From Octopus bimaculoides (lineage: Eukaryota), in the NCBI RefSeq assembly GCF_001194135.2, contig NC_068984.1:132667080-132699330 (forward strand): DNA of 32,251 nucleotides. The letters run 5' to 3'. A program made the translations under genes and the position numbers. Under the pieces are notes generated by a model. The model ran no database searches. It saw only the letters and a program-made list of their open reading frames with translations, and was not told the origin of the DNA. Positions 21,690 to 32,251 of the stretch are shown piece by piece. Within the stretch, counting starts at the first letter, position 1. Each line of letters opens with the position of its first letter.

Positions 21690-21835
21690 TGATCGAAATT
21701 AGAGCACAGAGAATTAAATGCCTTTATGTAGTTTCAGTTTTACCATGCTCTGAATTCAAATTACATCAGTTGACTTTGTTTTTCATTCCACATGGGGCAT
21801 TAAAACAAGCACCACTGTAGTCATTTTAATTGACT
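21690..21835 (+). mobile_element. SINE family B, degenerate
   Basis: ..CATGCTCTGAATTCAAATT..GTTGACTTTGTTTTTCATTCC.. Confidence 0.5.
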
Positions 21836-23350
21836 ATATGCACTTCCCTAGCCATTCATGGAATTGTGCCACTGTGAAGTCATTTTTGTATTTATATGTT
21901 GTGACATGATCAACCTGCTCTATATACTATGTCTTGTGTGTGTGTGTACATGCTGCAAGTTTCATGTCTTGTGCAAAAAGTCATGGCAGTACCCCACCTT
22001 TCTTTTAATAAAATATTGTGGTTTATGTACAAGTATGTGTGGTAACTTAATATAAAGTAACTAACTGGTTCATACACTCACTTTACTAAAAATTTACCAG
22101 ACCATCACAGTACTTCCCCCACAAAATACCAATGATACAATGCCATCTTTATCAGGATTTCAAGTAGACTAAAAGGAGGCAGAACAAATACACCAGAGTA
22201 ACTGTGTAATTAATTAATTACATTTTACTTACTTCCGGGGAAGAAGGGCAATTGCTCATTGCCTTCTATATAATTAAGGTAGGCCATGGGGTACAATACC
22301 TAAATATCTATGATTCAAGATCAGTGACAGTAGCTTAAGAAACAGTTGCTTTTGTTAACAAATACTTAGCATAATTAGTGGAGCTTGCAGTTGAGTAGAG
22401 GCTATGGTTTCAATTGAGGGGAAGAAATTCATGTAGTCCTGGGTTCAGTCCCTTCGTACAGCACCTTCGGCAAGCGGATGGAAACAGAAACAAGCTCATC
22501 AAGTGTGTGTGTGTTTTCCATTTTATCTGAGCATCAAACTAATACACCTTGTTTGTTGTTCCTTCACCTGTCTCTGTCTTTCGGTTTTTGTACATTTGAA
22601 GCACACACACAGATATATGTGTTTAGGTGATTGTGTTTGCATGCAAGCAAGTTGTTCATTTCCAGTTTTCCACCAAAAAAAAAAAAAAAACATGTCTGGC
22701 CTTGAGAAAATATTACCTTGCTTGGAAACAGGTGAGCTCAAGAATTCAAAAGTTTTGGAAACGATGAAGTTAGTACTTAGTCACCACTACTCCCAGATCT
22801 GCTCTGGGTCATGGGCCCTAGTTATAAGTCAAATAACAGGAGATGGTCCTGTAGTTAAAGCTTACAGGTCTTGGAAGAGGGCTGGTTCCCTAGACATGTC
22901 CTACAGACCCACCAGTGTATAAACATATCCCTGATGTTTCCTGAATCCTTATCTAAGAATTAAATAGGTTCTGTGTCTTGAGACCAGGCTTTGAAAAGCA
23001 GATGACTAGCAGAGCAAACTAGATAAACTGGTAAGAAAGCAACAAGAAACTTACTGTATCTTTACCAACAAACATCACGACTCTTCAGACTTTGGCATGA
23101 AGGAGCATGGCACCTTTATGTCAACATAAATACAAAAAGGTTTGATTATATGCAAGTTTGAAAATTTCAGTTTTCCTTCTATCCTAAACATGTAAAACTT
23201 CACCTTATATTGAGTGTCCTATAGTTAGAATATTGTGATGGTAGTGGCATTGATAGCTCTAGCAGTTTTGGTGTTAATAAGTTTACTCGTTATTTCAATT
23301 TTGTATTGGATCCCATTGTTTTAACTCGTAGATCCGTTGGTAATGAGTGA

Positions 23351-23563
<213 letters not shown>

Positions 23564-24314
23564 TGAATTAGGCCTGATGAGTATTTTACTTCTTTTGACC
23601 CTTTAACTGTGAAATTAAATCTCCTGGTTTTTCCAGCAATGATATTAAATATCTACCAAAAAGTCAAATTAGTATTTTCTGCCAGTTAAGCTGCCTCTAT
23701 AAATTGGACATTTCTCAACAAAAGACAAGTTTCAGACATGGTATTCCTCAACAAAAGATAAATTGGTATATAAAAACTGCTTTCTGCAGTTAAGGGTAAT
23801 GAAATTTTGAATAGTTATATCTGATTTACACAGTAAAGGTTTAATATATCTCATTAGTACAGCAGTGGTGTAACTTCTTCCCAATTTTCTTGATGTTTGA
23901 GAGAAATTTATATGGAACTAACTAGTGTACTCAGCTGTGTGATAAGTACTAGCTAGACACTGGTGCAGCCATCTCCCTCCAGCAGTCACAGCCTCGACCC
24001 AGTTTCAATCAGTCGTGGCTGAAGAGGCCTGAAGAGATGTTTGTCTGCTCACAATGACATAGACACCTCAAACAATTAACCATCTAGCCACACTCTCAAG
24101 TATGCTTTTTCATATGCAAGGCGGCAGGTTAAAAGTTGTACCATTTATATTGCTATGGCACATGTTTAGTGAAGCTTTTTGGAAAATATAAGTATCCAGA
24201 GTATTACATTTATTAAACAGAGCAGTAAATTACTGACAAGTTTTGCCTTTAAATTCAAATTCTATTCTTTCTGTCAAATATTTTTTTCATTTCTTTTTTT
24301 TTTTTTTCTTTTAG

Positions 24315-24386
24315 GGTTTGATATTTGTAATAGATAGTAATGATCGAGAAAGAATGACAGAAGCTTCTGATGAATTGCAAAAAATG
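24315..24386 (+). CDS. ARF4: ARF coding exon 4 (GLIFVIDSNDRERMTEASDELQKM)
   Basis: Long T tract then ttag|GGT acceptor, ATG|gtttgt donor, 72 nt, phase 0-0. Confidence 0.97.
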
Positions 24387-24554
24387 GTTTGTTCAATTTC
24401 ATTTTATTTTCAAATTTTCATGTATAAAAAGAAGAAAACTGTTTAGAATGTTTATACAAAACAATTACAGAGTGCCTTTATTTAAAGCATAAGTTGTTGT
24501 GGATTGTGTATGGAAAAGATTAATTGAACATAATGCCATTTAATAATATCTTAA

Positions 24555-24776
24555 CCCTCTCGTTACTAACCCGACTGAAAACACCTTTGGCTCTATAGTA
24601 CAAATGTCTTGTTTTCATAAGTTTTGAATTAAAATCTTCCACCAAACCTTAGTCACAATTTATATTCCTGACACTAGCTTAATGATAACCAAATTATTTT
24701 ACTAAATTCTTTGTTATATTTAAAATTAATTGAAAGAAACACAGAGCACCTCAACGGAAATACAGTAACGAAAGGG
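24555..24776 (+). mobile_element. piggyBac-like MITE family 1, complete, in intron 4
   Basis: TTAA|CCCTCTCGTTACT ... AGTAACGAAAGGG|TTAA. TTAA at 24551-24554 and 24777-24780. TIR match 12/13. Confidence 0.9.
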
Positions 24777-25480
24777 TTAAAGAGGGTTACTATGTTGACA
24801 AGTAACAGAATTTTATAAAGAAAAATTTAGCTTGCTTTGAAAAGGTGCAGTAGATTTTAGTACCTTCATGAATTCAGTCCACAGAAAATTTTTTGCCACT
24901 CTCTACCAATCAATCTATTACTCAATATAATTCTCTAGAGCAGTTGATTACAAAAAACAATAGAATGACAGGGGACATATTTTATGGTATATTGTTACAA
25001 TCCTGTTTCAAATTGAAATACTGTTGTGATAACTTTCTTTCATCCTTCTTGGTTCTATAAAATAGATATCAGTCAAGTAATGAGGTCAATAGAAACATAA
25101 TCCTAATATTTTTAATCCCTACAGATCACTGCTAATTCATCTGTGTTCTGTTATCTTTTAGTAGTTTGGCTTTATTTAGTTGTAGGAAGCCTTCTTTGAT
25201 GAAGTCAGTGAAGTTGAAATTTAAAGGTTGGGTGGGCAAGGGAGGAGCTCCAGAGAGCTGAAGTTCATCAATGGGGTGAGAAAAGTGTTTGGTATGGGAA
25301 ATTTGAGTTATGAAACAGGCATGTGTATCAAATGAGCTTATGCAGGGGTGCAGGAATCACATTGAAGAAGCAGTGTGGATGATGGACTTGTAGTGTATTA
25401 TATTTTTTTCAGCAGTATGGATATTTCTTTTTGATGTGCTCTGGGATGTGTGTTTGCATATGAAGGAGCAATATTGTCCC

Positions 25481-25511
<31 letters not shown>

Positions 25512-26407
25512 TGCATTTGAGCTTCATAGAGGCTCTAAACTAACTGGAATTTATATTTTGCCATGTTCTTAGAATGCATTTTTTTGTGCAGAATTTGAAT
25601 TTGAAACATGAAAGGCACTCTCAGACATTTTGAAAAGTAGCATTTGTAATGACTTTAGCTTTGTTTTTATTGTATAAAGGCTACTTCTAGTGTTTGTACA
25701 TTAGTGCTGTTAATAAATACTAGGTTATTGTGCACCTACTGGGAGATATGTTTGAAGTCTCTTTTCATGAAAACGGCGAAGGTCTAGAGCAAGTTGTCTT
25801 AGATTGCATATGGAGAGCATCTGTATGCAGAAAGTTAAGAAGTGACAGCAGGAAGCTCATTAATATACCAAAGGAAGAGCAATGAAGGCATAAACAAACT
25901 CTAAGATACTTCAGAATTGACAGTCAGAGACAGAGTACCATTATTGATACATGTGATTGAATACTCTGTTGTAATAGTATTTAACATTCAATACAGCACA
26001 ACTTTATCAACAAAGACGACATAATTCTCGACACAGACTTTAGTGTCTAAATATAATTTTCTATGACTGAGCTGTTGCTATCAGTAAAAGGTAAAGTTCT
26101 AACTTTATTGAAATTAATACTATAGTCAACTGCAGCGTGGAAAGTGTTTATAAGCATGGAATTTTGTCAATAAACGGGTCACAGTCTCAAAGCGATGAAA
26201 ATATTTTGACAAATTAGATTTAAATGTTGAAGTGAATCTAACAGTTTTTGTGTGTTCTTGAATGGCTTATAAACACCTTCCACATTGCAATTGTTTTTGT
26301 TTCAGTATATGATCTCAGATCAGGTCACTTACTATGCAAGTACATCTCCGTAATATTATAGTCTCCTTGTCAATAATGTTGTTTTTGTTTTTTTCTCCAT
26401 TTTCCAG

Positions 26408-26530
26408 CTATCAGAAGATGAATTAAAAGATGCCGTTTTATTGGTATTTGCCAACAAACAGGATTTACCAAATGCTATGTCTGTTTCTGAAATTAAACAA
26501 ACTCTTAAATTAGAATGTTTGACAAAAAAG
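26408..26530 (+). CDS. ARF4: ARF coding exon 5 (NKQD motif; [41 protein letters not shown])
   Basis: tttccag|CTA acceptor, AAG|gtacat donor, 123 nt, phase 0-0. Confidence 0.97.
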
Positions 26531-26873
26531 GTACATTTGTTTGCAGTAATTATTTCTAATGCACATATGAAACTTTAGATTTTTAAGTTAAGTTGTAAAG
26601 TTTAAAAACCTTTAAACAATAATATACACAGGCATGATTGCAAGATAAGAGTACGAAACTAGATGTATTCTTTTTTTTTTTTTTATCTCTAGTCTTGAGT
26701 TCAAAATGTACCCAAGCCAGCATTGTTTTTCATTCTTTCATTGTTAATAAAAATAAAGCTTTGTAATTTCACTATAGATATAAATTTTAATGTAGGAATA
26801 AGATTATTTTTGCCTTTTGGATAGTTGCTAAGTGAAAGACCCCCTTTAACTTGTATTTTTTCAATTTTTGCAG

Positions 26874-26963
26874 TGGTACATTCAGTCAACATGTGCAACA
26901 CAAGGTTCTGGTTTATATGAAGGTCTTGACTGGCTGTCTTCTGAACTATCAAGGAATGTATAA
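26874..26963 (+). CDS. ARF4: ARF coding exon 6 ([29 protein letters not shown])
   Basis: tttttgcag|TGG acceptor, TAA stop at 26961-26963. Confidence 0.97.
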   Translation, partial: WYIQSTCATQGSGLYEGLDWLSSELSRNV

Positions 26964-26985
26964 AAAAAAACGATACAAAATGAAT

Positions 26986-26991
26986 AATAAA
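26986..26991 (+). terminator. Candidate proximal polyadenylation signal
   Basis: AATAAA 23 nt after the stop codon. ATTAAA variants near 27677-27696 could be distal signals. Confidence 0.35.
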
Positions 26992-28125
26992 CATTCGCAG
27001 AGTGCTTTAATCAACTCCTAGAACAATATGAAATATTCATCATGGATTCTTGTATGTGTGCTTGTCTGCCTGGCTTGAAAATGTGCTGGAAAGAATGATG
27101 TTCACTTGTACAAAGGATGGTTACAGGCAAAATATATATATATATATATATAATGTATACATATATATACAGAGCCACTGTTTAAAGTATGGCTGCATTA
27201 ACATGGACCACTTTTTATGAGGTTTCTTCTCACGTGCTCAACATAAAGTGAAGAACAGCAGCAAATTTAGTTGTTGTCATTACACAGACCTGTAGACCTC
27301 TGATTTCACTTTACAATAACTTTGAGAGGAAATGTTTCCAGAAAATATCTTCAAAGCTATAAATTAAAGATTTTGCAAAAAAAAAAAAGAAGAAAAAAAA
27401 GAAAAATGAAATACAAAAATAACAAAACACTTTTTTTTTAATGTGTATGTATGTATGAGTGTGTGTATGTGTATATATATATATATATATATACACATAC
27501 ACACACACACACACATACATATATATACTTTCTCCCCATTTTTAAAAAAATATTCTGACAAGTCCACATTTTGTTTTGTCATTTATTTCTGATAGTTTTA
27601 ATTTGGGATTCTCAAAATGGTTTTTAAATCATTTTTTGTTGTCTATATCTCTCTTGTATTCTTTTGGGCCAATGTTATTAAATTTAAGATATTAAAAATA
27701 TAAATATTGTTGTTAAGTATAAAATATATACTTTCTAGAACTCTTTCAAACTTGTCCTGTATTAGAAATTATTTTTTTAATTAAAACTTTCTAAAGGAAA
27801 TACAGTATCGAGTAGTCATTCCATTCAATTGAGCAAATATGACTAGCCAGTTACCTTCTTAATATCTACTATTGAACAAATGACAATCTGACACTGAAAG
27901 GATGTATGAGCAAGATAAAAAAACTATGGAAAATGAAAAAAATAAGTTTATCAAATTTTATTTTAGAGTTTTTAAAAAAGAATTAGAGTTTTTAAAACAT
28001 TTTACAAAATCAATTTCATAGTTGTGTTTATCAGTATGATGTCGTGACTGATTGTTTGTAAATAATGTGACCAATGAATTAGTAGTTACTGGTGTTTTAT
28101 AAGATGACTGATTGTGCTCTTACGT

Positions 28126-28324
28126 TATGAAGGGGTACTGAAAAGTTCCTGGCTTCAAGGGTATCACAAAAGGCCTGGTTGGTGGTCCAACTTTCCGAAT
28201 TCTTTTACAGGGGTTAGAAAAACTGAAGGACCAAGCATGGAATATGTTGAATAAAATCCTAATTAACTGATTCTCCTGTATTTTCTTTTACACAAAGCCA
28301 GAAACTTTTCTGCATCCCCTCATA
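28126..28324 (+). mobile_element. Mariner-type MITE, complete
   Basis: 30-bp imperfect TIRs TATGAAGGGGTACTGAAAAGTTCCTGGCTT / AAGCCAGAAACTTTTCTGCATCCCCTCATA with TA ends. Confidence 0.85.
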
Positions 28325-28793
28325 TATTCAGTCTTTAGAGAACATCTTTATTTTACGGCTAAAATCTAGCAACAATCTGCTGGTAAGCTGCTTTCTAGTG
28401 AGAGCTCACTAAAGTTCACAAAACAGTGTTCTCCTCTCCATTTTTTGACAAGTCCCAAAATGTTAAAAATTCTTATTTCATACTACACAACTTCATTCTG
28501 TTTTGTGAACTTCATTGAACTGATTTTTGTATATTTCTAGCAGTCAATAGCTTTTTTTATTAAGAAGTAATACTTTTCACTTGTATGAAACTTGTCTGCA
28601 AATAGTCGATGAAGGTAAGTAATTTGGTGTTCATTGCTAACTGAAGTATTAAATCCTAGAATTTCTTTACCACAAATGAAGATATTACATCATGTCCTTG
28701 AAGCTAATTACAGCCAGTCCTGACAGTAATGTCAGTTTGCTAATTAAGAAGTCAACAGTTCATTTCCCAGTATTGTACTGTGTTCAGAGCCAA

Positions 28794-29127
28794 ATCATCA
28801 TTATCATTTAACATCCACGTTCTCTACTGGTGAGTCAAATGGTTTACCAGTATGTGATTAACTTGAGGGTTGAGTTGTTCTCTGGTGTTTGATATGGCAA
28901 GGTTTCTTCAACTGGATGCCCTTCCTAATGCCAACCATTTTACAAAGTGTATTAAGTGCTTTTTTTTTTTTTTCATGGCACCTGCACTAGTTGTGTTACC
29001 AAGTTACCATCAAGATAAGATCCCTTCAGAGTGAAGGTGAAATATTGAGGGCAGTAGCATTGTGCCAAATCTGGAGAGGTTAAAGAGGGATAACAATGGG
29101 TATCTTTCTGTAGAGGAGACATTGCAC
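28794..29127 (-). mobile_element. Family C variant
   Basis: Starts CATCATCATTATCATTTAACATCCACG and contains CTGGATGCCCTTCCTAATGCCAACCA. Confidence 0.75.
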
Positions 29128-29496
29128 CTTGAACAAGTATCTTTTATACTATTTGGCATTATCTACTTCAAGTACCACCATTAAAAACGATCTATTTCAT
29201 GTCTCTAAACATTTCTAAATTCTTATGTAAATACAATTCTAGCTGGTAAGATTAAAGCTTCTACAATGGATGGTGAAATTTGCAGAATCTCTTTGGTACA
29301 ATGGCAGAACATCTGCCATGTTCACAGGAGATGTTGACTTGTTGCATGGGTAGCCTTTAATTTTTTTTTTTTTTCCACCTAGGCAAGGTTTCTTTTAACC
29401 CAGTATTTACATGCTATTGTTTATAGCTTGACTTCAAGTTCCACCATTAAATAAATGTATATAATCTCTGTGTACTCTTGTCTTGACATCATGTCA

Positions 29497-29691
29497 ATCA
29501 TCAACATCATTAACATTTAACATCCATTTTCCTGGCTGACATGGGCTGGATAGCTTAACAGAAGCTGGCAAGGCCAAGGGCCACACCGGGTTCTATAGTC
29601 TGCTGGATGTCCTTCCTAATGCCATCCACTTTACAGACTGTACTGGATGCTTTTTATGTGGCACCATTACCAGTGCTTTTTACATGGCACC
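29497..29691 (-). mobile_element. Family C fragment
   Basis: ..TTTAACATCCATTTTCCTGGCTGACATGGG..CTGGATGTCCTTCCTAATGCCA. Confidence 0.7.
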
Positions 29692-29730
29692 TTGGTTTTT
29701 GGATACCAATTCTTTTGTGGTGGGCGATTG

Positions 29731-29912
29731 TAAATGAGCATCACTATCATAGAAGTGATGCTGTTAATTTCCACTCTTTAGTGAGATACATATCTGGTCA
29801 CGGAGAAATATTATCTTGCCTGGAAACGGGTGAGGTTTGGCAACATGAAAGGCAACCTGCTGTAGTAAATCTGCCCTAACGAATTCCTTTACAAGCATGG
29901 AAAAGTGGACAC
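29731..29912 (+). mobile_element. Related retroelement sharing the family C-type 3' tail
   Basis: ..GGAAACGGGTGAGG..GCATGGAAAAGTGGACACTAAAATGA. A similar short piece lies at about 22692-22736. Confidence 0.6.
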
Positions 29913-30079
29913 TAAAATGATAATTGTCAAATACAGCCTTTAGGTGATTTAATTTGACTATGAGAGTTATTGTTTTTCTCATGGACATATTACAATGTCA
30001 GTAAGATATGAATCATCAGCCTCTTGGCTGATGATTCATGACTTTATTCATTTCATTAACCTCCTAACTAACAATGATC

Positions 30080-30133
30080 CTTGAAAACAAGAGATTTGTA
30101 CTCAGAACCAGAATTGGGTTGGTAACGAAAGGG
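30080..30133 (-). mobile_element. piggyBac-like MITE family 1, left end only
   Basis: Minus strand reads TTAA|CCCTTTCGTTACCAACCC..TTCTGAGTACAAATCTCTTGTTTTCAAG. Confidence 0.75.
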
Positions 30134-30218
30134 TTAAGTAGTAAGACATTTGATGAAATACATACATGCCAATGCTAATACATTTTGGAAAAGAGAAAGG
30201 CGTATATTTTGTACAGTA

Positions 30219-30570
30219 GATGCAGTCGTAGCTGCGTGGTAAGAAGCTTGCTTTCCAATCACATGGTTCCAGGTTCAGTCCCACTGCATGGCACCTTGGG
30301 CAAATGTCTTCTACTATAGCCTCAGGCCAACCAAAGCCTTGTGAGTGAATTTGGTAGACAGAAACTGAACGAAGCCTGTCATGTATATATATTTATGTGT
30401 TTGTGTTTGTCCCCCCACCGTCACTTGACAACCGATATTGGTGTGTTTATGTCCTCGAAGCTAAGCGGTTTGGCAAAAGAGACCGATAGTGCTAGGTCCT
30501 GGGGTTGATTTCTTCAACTAAAGGTGGTGTTCCAGCATGGCCACAGTCAAATGACTGAAATGTGTAAAAG
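30219..30570 (+). mobile_element. SINE family A, full length, diverged
   Basis: Head and tail both present. Confidence 0.9.
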
Positions 30571-30600
30571 ACTAATTAATTACCTCTCCACTACAAGTTT

Positions 30601-30858
30601 GAGGTACTGCATGGCACCTTCTATAACCTTGAGGGCGACCAGTACCTTGTGAGTGGATTTGAGAGATAGAAACTGTGGAAACCTATCTATATATGTGTGC
30701 TTATCTTTGTGTTTGTATCTCCACCACCGCTTGACAACTGGAGTTGGTTTCTTTACATCCATGTAACTTAGTAGTTTAGCCAAAGGGACTGATAAAATAA
30801 GTACTGGGGGCAATTTGTTCAACTAAGACATCCAGTCTAATGACAGAAGCAAGTAAAT
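30601..30858 (+). mobile_element. SINE family A, older adjacent copy
   Basis: Degenerate head remnant, spacer and tail. Confidence 0.7.
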
Positions 30859-31017
30859 GACAAAGCTAACATTTAATAAATATGAAGAAAATGACTTAAG
30901 ACTTCAATTTTGAATAAAGCCCTAAAGAAAGCACAACAAAAGATTGACAAAACCTGTGGAAATAAATTAAAGATGAAAATAATCAACAATCTGACAATGA
31001 CATTATCTTTTTAAATA

Positions 31018-31134
31018 GAACAGTTTGTATTCAGAAAAGGTTTCAGCTACAATCTTGGATGTATAGATGCCATTGTTAGAAAAGAACAATGGCTTATAGA
31101 GAGAGATACTAAAGTGATTGGAATAATCCTGTAA
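31018..31134 (+). mobile_element. Possible ancient non-LTR RT remnant
   Basis: EQFVFRKGFSYNLGCIDAIVR resembles the QxGFRxGxSxxDxI RT motif. No other RT motifs found nearby. Confidence 0.25.
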
Positions 31135-31373
31135 AACCAGATTAAGAAAATATGGCAAACTGCCAAAATTAAACACAAGCAACTAGATAAAAAAAAAGTG
31201 AAAATTCCATCCACTCTCCCAAGGACAAGTAGGCAGAAAATATTGAGACAAATTGTCTACAGCTAAATTATCTTCCTGTTTCCAGTCTTTGCCTATTTCC
31301 AATAAGCTGATATTTTCTTATGGCGAGACCTGTTTCCACAGAAGATTGGAAACAAAGGACATTGCTTATATGA

Positions 31374-31563
31374 CTCTGGCTCTGAGAACAAATGTCTTGT
31401 TTTCGTAAGTTTTGAATTAAATTCTTCCACCAAACCTTAGTCACAATTTATGTTCCTAACACTAGCAGAATGATAACAAAGTTATTTTACTAAATTCTTT
31501 GTTATATTTAAAGCAAACGAAAGAAACAGAGAGGATCTCAAAATAAATACAGTAATGAAAGGG
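31374..31563 (+). mobile_element. piggyBac-like MITE family 1, lacking its left end
   Basis: High similarity to 24590-24776. Ends AGTAATGAAAGGG|TTAA (31564-31567). Confidence 0.85.
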
Positions 31564-31567
31564 TTAA

Positions 31568-31788
31568 CCCTTTGGTGTTTAAACCGGCCATATCCGGCCC
31601 AAATATCCTACATGATTTACATTCAGACTGGCCATATCTAGCCTCTCACACCTAACCTACATTGACATTCTAAGAATAAACTATCTCACCATCGAAACTT
31701 CAAAGCTGTAAGATAATGTATGATTAATTCAAAACAATTTGAGTGAAAAAAGTATTATATTTAACAGATTAATCTGAACACTAAAGGG
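31568..31788 (+). mobile_element. piggyBac-like MITE family 2, complete
   Basis: TTAA|CCCTTTGGTGTT ... AACACTAAAGGG|TTAA (31789-31792). Confidence 0.9.
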
Positions 31789-32192
31789 TTAAAGAGGAAT
31801 GGGACATCTTAGCACAGCTGTTTTGGTAGTCCTGAAATTTGTTAATATAAGCTGTTTTGTTGCTGGGACTTTTTGCAAATTTCCTTTTTATTCTTATTGA
31901 CAGCTAATAATCACAACTACTAAATTACTTGAATACTAAACTTTCTACTTCCCTTTATGTATGTAATGACTGGTGAAATATTGACGAAATGTAGAAAAGA
32001 AAAATGTTCTTACCAGGATTTTTGTACTGACAATGCAGAATTAACAGCAAATTCAAATTTCGCTCAAATCTGATGTCGATGTTACTTATTTTCGTTTGAA
32101 AGAAAGCATTTGATCACTTAATAATCCTAGCTTAATCTCAGCCAACGCTGGGCTATACTGCTAGTCTATACATATACAGTTATACATATACA

Positions 32193-32194
<2 letters not shown>

Positions 32195-32251
<57 letters not shown>
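32195..32251. repeat. (TA)n microsatellite running to the window end
   Basis: Direct read. Confidence 0.95.

Noticed and set aside
25415-25482. Penelope-like motifs on the minus strand (IAPSYAN; HIPEHIKKKYPY), and an EEAIHI..NPAL motif near 16380-16470
   Set aside because: Motifs are short, frameshifted and closer together than in real elements. They may be relics, but need an HMM search to support.
26701-26994. 97-aa minus-strand ORF
   Set aside because: Antisense shadow of ARF exon 6 and intron 5
29301-29319. Perfect 8-bp hairpin ATGGCAGA-ACA-TCTGCCAT
   Set aside because: Expected by chance in a window of this size

Overview
This is AT-rich eukaryotic genomic DNA, very likely from a coleoid cephalopod (Octopus-like), judged from my recall of its SINE repertoire. 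It holds one protein-coding gene I can support: a class II ADP-ribosylation factor (ARF4/ARF5-type GTPase, 180 aa) on the + strand. Its six coding exons are 2965-3031, 21044-21124, 23364-23473, 24315-24386, 26408-26530 and 26874-26963, and intron 1 is 18 kb. The rest is tRNA-derived SINEs (working labels A-E are mine), piggyBac-like and mariner-like MITEs, an RTE LINE fragment, microsatellites and a 62-N gap. I found no novel protein-coding system. Nearly all ORFs in the supplied track are repeat or microsatellite read-throughs. The best leads are regulatory: (1) a tight CRE plus CREB3/CrebA-type motif cluster about 450 bp upstream of the ARF ATG, echoing the vertebrate CREB3-ARF4 Golgi-stress circuit; (2) a decayed duplicate of that same promoter segment 1.4 kb upstream, with the CREB3 motif lost by a CpG-type change; (3) two long fold-back elements in the promoter region, one carrying paired AP-1 sites; (4) close inverted SINE pairs in intron 1 that could be ADAR substrates; (5) a three-level nested SINE insertion. 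Repeat boundaries are approximate, and family names need a Dfam/RepBase check.
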